In this document: in pieces, positions 54,974 to 64,000 of the stretch
How the letters are laid out: each line of letters opens with the position of its first letter
Position numbering within the stretch: position 1 is the stretch's first letter
Source of the DNA: Camelus dromedarius
Lineage: Eukaryota
Assembly: GCF_036321535.1 (NCBI RefSeq)
Contig: NC_087436.1
Coordinates: forward strand, 83,454,001 to 83,518,000
Direction: 5' to 3'
Length of the DNA stretch: 64,000 nucleotides
The notes under the pieces: model-generated
The model's database searches: none
What the model was told of the DNA's origin: nothing
The model's input: the letters and a program-made list of their open reading frames with translations, nothing else
Position numbers and translations under genes: made by a program

Positions 54974-57900
54974 AAAGCTACAATATTTTTAGAAATTAAA
55001 AGACCAAGTTTATTTTCTAATCTTTTTGAATAGTGAATGAATGAGTGGAATAAATCCTGTCCAAATAAACACATGAAAATCTGATTGTGCAGTTGTCACG
55101 TGGAAATCCTGTTGTCCTCAAAGGAAGCTCTCTGCTCTTGTGTGAGTCAGTGCCTCTCAGCCACGGTACCCATGTGACTGTGAGAAGCATGGGGTACATG
55201 ATCCTTTCCTACAACATTCTGACAGCTTTCAATCATACCTGACATCACTGTGACTTGACGTGAACTTAGGTCTCGGTCGCCTCCCACTTTTACTATCGAG
55301 ATTTTATTTTTAGTTTTTCTTTCATTCAGAGTTTCCTCCTCACCCCTATACATATGTAATGTTCTAGCAGTACTGAACTATTATTCTCCTAAGATAGCAT
55401 GCTTTTCTTTTTCCCTTTGCAGTAGGAATTTAATATAATATTGATATAACAAAAATATGCGTAATTTTCCAGTTCATTGTGTTTTGTAAGATTGAAACCA
55501 TTTTCACTTAAGTCATGGTTTGCCTTTTTAAAAAAATAAGTTATTATGAAATTTTCAGACATACAGAAAAACAGAGGGACTATCACAATGAACTTCCCTG
55601 TATTCATCACCAAGATTCAACATCATTTACATGCTCCTGACAGATGGTCAATTTTTTAATAAGAATTAAACTGAACCCTTTTGCATAATGAATATGTCCT
55701 TAAACTTTTACATTTTTATTGTAACAAATAATGATATAAGCCTGATAATGTTTCCTTATGGATTTAGACAAATAAGAAATTATGGGTAAATACTAAAATG
55801 AAGTGTTTGTAGTCTTAGCCTGTCTTCTACATTGCTTACTTAAAAATCTGCCATGATGATGTTAGTACAGACTTTATTGACTCTTTAATCTCACCTTGAG
55901 ATATGGGAACATTTATTTAAAGGATTTTTTTTTAATGGTTGCAGCTCTAAGCTGTTGAAGGCAAAATAATCGATCATACTACACTGGGTTTTTATTTTTC
56001 AAGACATTTTTTAACCATTCCATAGGGCTAATGGTTTTGCATAAGGTCTAGCTTTCCTCTTTCCTTATTTTTTAAGCAAAATCTGATGAAAATCTTAAAC
56101 ATGAATCAATTATGTATAAGCAAATACTGAGAAAAACATACTTACTATAGGCTATCATAAAGATTTTAAACCTTCTTACAATGGATGTCAGGTTAGTGTA
56201 TCTCCTGGGGCCATACTGGGGGGGGACCTTCCTGGGGGCAAAAATAGCAGGTCCGGAGCCCTAACAGATAAGGGCCTCGCTCCTCCAAAGTCGTGGAGAG
56301 CTCAGAGCAGCTCAGTAGGGCCTGAGAGTTGGAGACAAACTATCAAGACCCGATAGCGACCAGTGTGTCAGGTTAGGAGGGGGCCTTATGACCAGGAGGG
56401 TGAGGCCAACAAGGAGCAGGTGAAGAGGACCCCTGAATGCCCAGAGCACACACCAAGCAAAAGAGTAAGGTGGGTGAGACTGTAAGCTATTTTGGCTATC
56501 AACCCCAAGTTTGCACCCCAGGATTCTCTGACACAATGCACAAGCTGTGGTTTGACCACAATGAGCAGTGAAAGGGATATCAGAGAAGAAACATGAAGTG
56601 GAAAGGCTGGATCTTCATGGGATGGATCTTCATGATCCACCTTGAGATGATTATCAGTCTCCACTGTTCATTCCATCTCCTTTTGTTCCCCGATGTTGAC
56701 AGTAAAAAACAATCAAGGTAACTTATACTAGCAACATCCTCGGACATGGAAAACTATATTCAAATTCTGCCAGAGAGGTTTACACTGGGTTTCGTATTTC
56801 TCTCCCTGTCAAGCCCCTGTTCACTTGTGACCTTACCCCTGCCATGCCCCTCCCTGCCTGCTACCATGCGCCCACCATCAGCACCACCACAGCTGTATTG
56901 ATTGCATCCTGCTCACTGCCACTTCCAACCTCTGCTTCTATCCCTCTGTCCAAACAGAGGGTGGAAACACGACGTCATGACACACTCAGGATTTTGCAAC
57001 TGCAAAGTGTTACATACTCTTTGGCAAAAAATGAGGCAGAGGATTAAGAACAGAGTTAAATGAATAATTGGTACTTGCTGTATAACACAATATAGGCAGT
57101 ACACAAACTAATTATACTCCTAAACACTTTCTATAAAGCTTAGTCAGTAGCTGACTTTAAATGTTAATATCTCCTGTACTATAATTTTCCTATTTTCTAA
57201 AGGAAATACTACAGCACTCCCTCGTATCCACCAGTTCCAAGACAAATGTTTTTTTAAAAGTGTTGCTTATACCACTTGAAAAGTTGGTGGGTTATATTAT
57301 TGATACTGTTTTAATTCTAAAATAACATTTGTTAATACAGCTATTAAAATCTCAATAATGTGCAGGATAGAATTTACTTAATACTATTTATCTTACACAT
57401 CTTCCTTTAAGCAAAGAAAAGATTGTTTTTTCTTTTCCATAAATATTTTGATGAAGATTATGAGTCCAGGTGAAAAAGAATGCGGGGAACTAGGGTCTGG
57501 TTTAAACTTTGACATTTAGTAAGGACTTTAAAGTGATAACTTTATAGAGATTAAATGCTATAGTAGATAAAAATAAAACTTTCAGGAAAAATATGGGAAC
57601 ATGGCCTGTAACACATAAATTTATTTTCCTTGACTATTTAAATCATGATTGTTCAACAATGTGAATGGTAACTATCCATTTGTATTTTATCAAATCTTTT
57701 AACGCAAAATGAAGTTCATTGTAATACTATTCTTGAAATTCATGCTGAGAGAATTAATATTAAAATTAGTCATTCTAATACTAAAGAACTCAAGCATTTC
57801 CTCTTTTGTTAGACTTCAGCTCAACCTTTCTTGTACTAAAACATAATCAACTGTCAGGGCTTTACAGTGATAGTCTAGTATTCAATCAGGTCAAAATAGT

Positions 57901-58289
57901 GGGAAATCCGCTGGTTCATAAGCAAGTCCAACAGCCAACTAAATGTTGTCTAACAAGGAGAAAACCACCTCTGGGCAGGCAGAGGGTGACCTTCTCTTCC
58001 GATGGTTCAGGATCCCTCAAAATAAGATACCCATAAGGAAGCCACGAGATGTACCACATCAGCAGTGGTGTCCCACAACATACCACACCTCTAGATGAAA
58101 CAGACATATGTATTAAATCATCCTTGAATTTCCAAATGTGAACTAGGTTTAGAAGGGTCAAAATGAAAACTTTCAAAGTTTTAACCTAAATACTGAAATG
58201 AGGGTGACTATAATACGGTCATTAGTTCGGGTGTGTATTTTTAAAAGAAGAAGGGAAACTACAAACAAGAAGCACCAGTGCCAACTCAC

Positions 58290-58469
58290 ACATCTCTGCC
58301 CTGTCGAACTCCATCCTGCTCCTTGGACTGGCGTCGGCGCTGTTTGGTAGATGTGGACGAAGATGCGGATGATGCCCCAGATTCCGAGTCCTCTGAACTT
58401 TGGCTTCCTGAGCTGTTAACATCAAAAAGATGCTGCTCTACAGCTGACCGGATGGTTCTTTCCAAGAGT
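58290..58469 (-). CDS. FAM13A: FAM13A coding exon (180 nt): LLERTIRSAVEQHLFDVNSSGSQSSEDSESG...KQRRRQSKEQDGVRQGRD
   Basis: Poly-T + accag acceptor and gtgagt donor. LLERTIRSAVEQHLFD is typical of the FAM13 family. Confidence 0.95.
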
Positions 58470-59334
58470 CTGGTAAAAAAAAAAAAAAAAATACAGAGTC
58501 AATCAGGTAATCAAACTTATCAATGACTGCCTTTAAAAACGTGTTCCCATGATTTTGGAAATAACAGCATTTCCACTGGAATATCTACTACAGCTTCATG
58601 AGCACGGACAGAATACGAGGCATTAATCCCCAGTATTTGTACTGTGTGTCAAAAGCAAAAGTAAACTGAATAAATTCCACCAATACAACAATGGTGCATG
58701 TCATTTTTGTGAGTCCAGGATTACTGAAGTGATCAGAGCAGGTCTAGCAACAGTTACAGGAGGCATTCAGGAAATAGGGAATGAGGAAAGTTTTTTTTTC
58801 CTCATAGAATAATAATGAACTTATTCTTACAAAGGCAAGTTTCCTCCAAATTTCATACCAGTTCTGTAGAGGAAAACAGTATGACTTACAAAGCAAACTG
58901 GCACAAATAATTTTATGATGCCTGTTATCTATTTGGAGTACCTTTAGGATAAAATCATATAGGGAATAAGGCTATTAAAAAAGAACACCTCCCAGAACCA
59001 TTACTACTCATAACAGAATGGCGAAAATCTTTCTGAACCTCCATTCAATTAAATTGTGATATATATATAAATAATTGAAGCTGCAGTCATGCAAACACCC
59101 CAATATATATTACTGAAGATGAAAGGATATTTATTTTATTCAACCTAGGGTAAGCACAGGAGCTGGGAAGAGTGCAGGATAAGATAGATAAGGGATCATT
59201 TTTAAAGCTATATAATCTTTCAGTGTGTCTAAGCCCTCTTTTATCACCTCACTATTTCTGAAGAAGCAGACGTGGAAAAATTCTACACCGATAGTCCTCA
59301 AAGCACATTTTCCTTCACTTAAAAAAGAATCACA

Positions 59335-59415
59335 TCCAAACTCATTAAATTTGTGTACATTAAATATGTGTGTAGTTTTTTGTATATCAATTATACCTCA
59401 ATAAAGCTGTTAAAG
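59335..59415 (+). mobile_element. L1M extreme 3' end fragment
   Basis: tacattaaatatgtg...tgtatatcaattatacctcaataaagctg. Confidence 0.7.
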
Positions 59416-59512
59416 TTTTTTTTTTAAAAAAACCACACACAATTTTTTAAATGGTCAGGTTGGAAAAACACATTCAGTTAAATAAAATGGGTTTTGAAAA
59501 TTTAAGAATTTT

Positions 59513-59632
59513 GGGGAGGGCTCAGTGGTAGGATGTGTGCTTAACATGTACGAGGTCCTGGGTTCAATCCCCAGTACCTCCATTAAAAAAATAAATTAAA
59601 TAAAGCTAATTTCCTCTCCCCCCACCAAAAAA
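59513..59632 (+). mobile_element. tRNA-derived SINE (Vic-1-like)
   Basis: ggggagggctcagtggta...gaggtcctgggttcaatccccagtacctcc with an A-rich tail. Degenerate TSD aaaa(t/c)ttaagaat(t/g)tt. Confidence 0.88.
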
Positions 59633-60219
59633 CTTAAGAATGTTAGTCTTCCAAATGTAGTTTTATAATAGACTCATAGTAATTTCATTAAAACTATTTT
59701 AAGACAATGAGCAAGTACAGTCTGACTTGGGCTTTAAACTCTACATCCCAGTGATTGGAGATTCCCTAATAACAGCACACGGGAATGTGAATTCATTAAT
59801 ATATACGTACATACCAAATTCACACCTTTTCCAAATGTTACACAAGACATGTAAGAAGTAAAGGTTGTTAGGAAATAAACAGGCAAGAACACGTCAGTCT
59901 TGGTATAATTGTGGAATCTCTTTAAAATTCACAAAGATAAAGAAAGGTCACACCTGCCCTCTTGATTGCCTCCTCACCTAACAAAGAGGAGGAAAAGAAT
60001 CCCAATTCATCCTGTGGAAAAGATCCACATTCATACCAACTGGTGCTTCTTCTAATTCTTCTCTCTTCCTCCTCATTCACACCACATCTTCCCTCCTCTC
60101 CCACCTGATCCCTGCTGATGGAAGATGTCCCAAAAAAGCCCATTCCAGTCCCAGCAAGAATGGAAGAAGAGAGGTGGGTGCAAGGGACAATCTTTGAGCA
60201 ACAAACTATACACAAATGC

Positions 60220-60620
60220 TTCTTTAGTGCCTAAAATATGCCAGGCACTCTTCTAGGTCTTAGGGCTACAGTTACAAATGGGACAGACAAGGTCCCTGTG
60301 TTTGTGAAGCTTATGTTGCTATGAGTCAAGATAAACAAAGAACATGAAACATGCAATTGCAGATAGGGATACATTTTCTAGAAACTAGAGGACAGGGTTG
60401 GAGACTGACTGTGGACAGTCAGGGATGGTGTGACATTTGAACAATGAGGTTAAATATAAGAAAGTAAATGGCCAGGCAGATAGACAGCCAGTATGAGAGC
60501 TCAGAGACAGATATGTTTGTCATTTTCCAAAAACAGAAAAACAGGTCATGAGGTTAAAGCACAGTGAGCAATCTGGTCAGAGGTAGGCAGGGGCGGCTAC
60601 CTAGAGTTCAGATTTTATTA
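60220..60620 (-). mobile_element. L2 fragment
   Basis: tatgccaggcactcttctagg...acagacaaggtccctg...gtgacatttgaac. Confidence 0.65.
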
Positions 60621-61188
60621 GTAGTCTTAGGATGAAAAAGATGATCTGGACATAACAGAGCAGTGCCACTGCCCTGTGGGAAAAGGACCCAATGCCATCA
60701 CTAATTTCCTTCTTTTTCTGGGTCCCTATCAGACTGTCAAATCCCCAAAGGCAGAGCCCAAGGCTTATTTGACATTAGACACCTAGCACTGTGCTTGGTA
60801 TATTGCAGGCGCTCGATGAATGGAGGCTGATTAAAATGAACAAAGGAAGAAGTAAAAGACACAGTTCATACTTGAACCTTTGATGGCCTTCGCTGCAAGA
60901 CACCTCCCAAAGCACAGACTGCTGCGTGTCTGAATTGACTCTGACCTGATTTTGACTGAAATAAACAAAAATCTCATATGTTCAGATGGCTGAGCGGTCT
61001 CTAGTCACACAGCCACAAAGAAGCTTAAACAGAAATACTTCTTATTTCATCCTCTCTTCTGGGTAGTTTTAAAAGGTCGCCATCATTGGTTGCTTATTGT
61101 ATTAATCTTTCCATGCACGTCAGAATAGCCTTTTTTTTTTGCTTAATAAATGAAAGGAAGGGAAAAAAGCCCAATCCAGGTCACTTAC

Positions 61189-61230
61189 TCTCCAGTGGTC
61201 GACACACTGCTGACTTGGGATACGTGGGCG
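61189..61230 (-). CDS. FAM13A: FAM13A coding exon (42 nt, phase 2-2): (S)AHVSQVSSVSTTG(E)
   Basis: Acceptor ccccag at 61231 and donor gtaagt at 61188. Resembles recalled human SAHVPQVSNVSATGE and joins in frame to the next exon. Confidence 0.9.
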
Positions 61231-62699
61231 CTGGGGAAAAAGAAGGGAAGTCAGATTAGACTGAGCATCAGAAACTGCGAACCAAACATGTGAGGGGACC
61301 CCGAGCTGGAAGTATCAGCCAGGGCCCTGAGCGGCACTTGCATGACACTTAATTATCCACTGAGAGGTGCTGATTTTCGCTTGTTTCTAGAGGAGAGGTT
61401 GCCCTGGGTGTTTATTCTGGAATGGTGTTTTCCCCTTCCATTTAAAAGATGTCCAAGGCAGTTTCAAAAGTGCCCTCTGAAATCATCTCTCCCTCTCATC
61501 CTACTGCCAGCCCTAGTTTGGGGTCTTTCTATTTTCCCCAAATGTTAATGCACCTGCCCCTGACTGCCCTCCCACTACCAGCTCCCACCCCTTCCCGGCC
61601 TTCCCCCCCAAGTCCGTCTTCTCCTGGCCTACTCCCTCCAGACCTGCGGTGGTCAGAAGCATCTTTCTAAAACTGCCCTGAACATGCAGTGGGGGCCACA
61701 GGGGATAGATAATAAAGAATCAACACTGTTTTCTCCACGACTCTATCTAAGCCACTTTTCTTCCTAAGTTCCTCCAGAAACTTAGGAAAATACCTCAAAG
61801 CTCTAGAATGTTTCATTTTTACACCTAAATTATAGGCCTTTTATTGAACATTTATAAACTTCCTCTACTTTCCCATTTTCTCCAAAGCCTGAATTCCTCA
61901 AAAGTATTAGAAAGTACTCAGTAAAAAAAAAATGTAGTCAGTATAAAACGAAATGGTGAAATAAGAGGACGCTATCTGATTAGCATGCTTCAGAACTCCG
62001 TCCCTCTTGCTCCCACACTTCGTTCACGTAAACACAGTGAGGGTGGAGGCTGGCAGCTCTTTTAATTGTATCAGTATCAGTACATTCTGCCCTCTAGTGC
62101 TTAGTGGGCTTCTAACTCAAGATTCAGAAGTATCTATGTCTAAAAGAGACTTTAAAAAAAATCTTTCGTGCATGTCAAACTACAGTTTTGCCTAATAGAT
62201 CTAATAGTTCTCTACTCTTCCTTCCTTCTTTGTAGAAGATACCTGAAGCAACTAAAAGCTGTGAATGACCAGTATTGATGGTTGCCTTCCAATCACTCCA
62301 TCCTCGTTTGTACTATACTACAGTACCGACAGCACATGAACCTGTTGCTTTGGAACCATCTGTTGGGCTTTACTTTCACGTACATGCATAGCTCATCCCT
62401 TTCCATTCAGAATCTAAGTGCCTCCAGGGATTGTCGGCTATTTCTCATTTTCTTTCATGACACTCCCTACTACCACCACGACCCTCATCATACCCAACAT
62501 AGTAAGCATTATCCCCGAAGTGATCGATGCTCACTTTTTAGCCCCAATTTCCTTTAGCTAAAGCTATAGCTCCTTGTCATGGCCACACACCACAGCCAAA
62601 TCCCAGAAAAACTGCATAAAAGAATGCCTTTGTTCTTAAGGGAAATTGATGAGAAGAACCTTCATTAATCAATGAATGAATAAAGGAACACACAAGTAA

Positions 62700-62935
62700 A
62701 CACACCCTAATACTTACTGAGGGCTCGCTATGTTTCAGACACTGTGCTAAGATTTTATTTCCTGTTTACTATAACCTCTCGAGCCTCTTCATTTGAAAAC
62801 AGAGAAAAGAAAACAATTGTACCTACTTCATGGAGTTAAGTAACTCGCTCACAGTCATAGAGCCAAAAAGTAGATCAGCTGGGATTTGAACCAAGAAAGT
62901 TTAAGCTTAGAGTCTAAGCTCTTAATCACTACACT
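62700..62935 (-). mobile_element. MIR
   Basis: gttaagtaactcgctcacagtcatagagc...gctgggatttgaacc. Confidence 0.65.
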
Positions 62936-63578
62936 CGACTTTCAATCTATCACTTACTAGAAGAAACACTCACTAGAGTCATCTTCGTGTACGGACGCCT
63001 GGACTTAGGTATTTAACTTTGCTTTTAATTACAACCATTTCTGCCTCACAATGCCTGTTATTCATAGAGGTTCCCCAGTTACATAACCAACAATAAATCC
63101 TTTGCTTCTCTCTGTCCTTAGCTGGAACAGGCTGTCCCTGCTTTTGATGCTTTGTGGCTCACCCTCTGTAAATTCAACACTGTATAATTAACTCCTGTAT
63201 GCCACTTCTCAATACAGTTACAAAACCTTGGTTTTGGGAGCAGGGGCCAATGTGAATAACGACTCTGGGAGAACCTACCTAGAAGAGGGCAAAGAATACA
63301 GGTCTGTAAAAGATACTAAAAACATGCCAAAGACATAGAAGTATAATTAGCCCATCGTTCCCCGTGCCATCTCAGAATGAAGAGACGTATTTCCTCCTCT
63401 CCTCCCTTCTTTTGACACACACTTTTGACCCGAACTTCTTTTTTCTTACTAAAGCACACATTGATATTTTTATGTTCCTTTTTGGGGGGTAGGAGAGAGG
63501 ATGAAAAAAAGCGAGGAAGAAAGAGACAAGGAAATGACAACAAATGGGACCAGGTTCTGAGATGCCTAACTCTCTAAG

Positions 63579-63750
63579 TAAGTGCTTCTCAGACTCTAAC
63601 GTGCGTCAGAGTCCCCTGGGATCTTGTTCAAACACAGATTCTGATACAGTAGATGTAGGTTTAGGGAAGGGGAAGCAGGGAATCTGCATTTCTAACAAAT
63701 TCCCTAGTGATTCTGATGCTGGTGGTCTTTGGAAGACACTGATTAGCAAG
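63579..63750. mobile_element. MER5-like hAT element
   Basis: gtgcttctcagactct...cagattctgat...aatctgcatttctaacaaattccctagtgattctgatgctg. Confidence 0.75.
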
Positions 63751-64000
63751 GCTCCAACTGCTTGCAACTAAAATTCTTTAATATTTCAAAGACTTACATA
63801 TCACAATTGTCATTTTAAAACATTCTAAGTTATGAAGGTATGATTTGGAAAGCTTATGCTAAGCTGAGTTAAAAGACAATACATAAAAATTTCCCTCAGA
63901 GCTTAAAAAAAAATGACCTAAGCTATTTAAATCAGTCTAAGAGGGCCTTTCTCAGGATGCAAAATAAGTGAATAAATCAATAATACTAAGTAATTAAATC

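Noticed and set aside
59513..59585. tRNA-like A/B boxes suggesting a tRNA gene
   Set aside because: The A-rich tail, TSD and two related copies show it is a SINE head.

Overview
Mammalian genomic DNA, probably camelid (inferred from three tRNA-derived SINEs resembling Vic-1 and artiodactyl-type L1 3' ends). The window holds the 3' part of FAM13A on the minus strand. I reconstructed 16 coding exons by hand (61189-61230 down to 2644-2770). All have GT-AG boundaries with consistent phases, giving 2020 coding nt (about 672 aa, from AHVSQVSS... to ...RDTDSKSM*). A 3' UTR of about 2.2 kb ends near 420. The 5' exons, including the RhoGAP part, lie beyond the right edge. Introns carry ordinary repeats (SINE, L1, L2, MIR, MLT1 LTRs, MER5/MER20/MER91, a Tigger2-like MITE, microsatellites). 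I found no clearly novel biological system. The best leads are RNA-processing and regulatory: a coding exon starting with a donor-like sequence (recursive-splicing candidate), a hairpin-embedded AG/GTAAGT site, inverted SINEs flanking four exons, a 3' UTR miRNA/poly(A) module, two candidate internal promoters and an antisense ORF. Gene identity and repeat names come from recall, not from database searches, and repeat edges are approximate.
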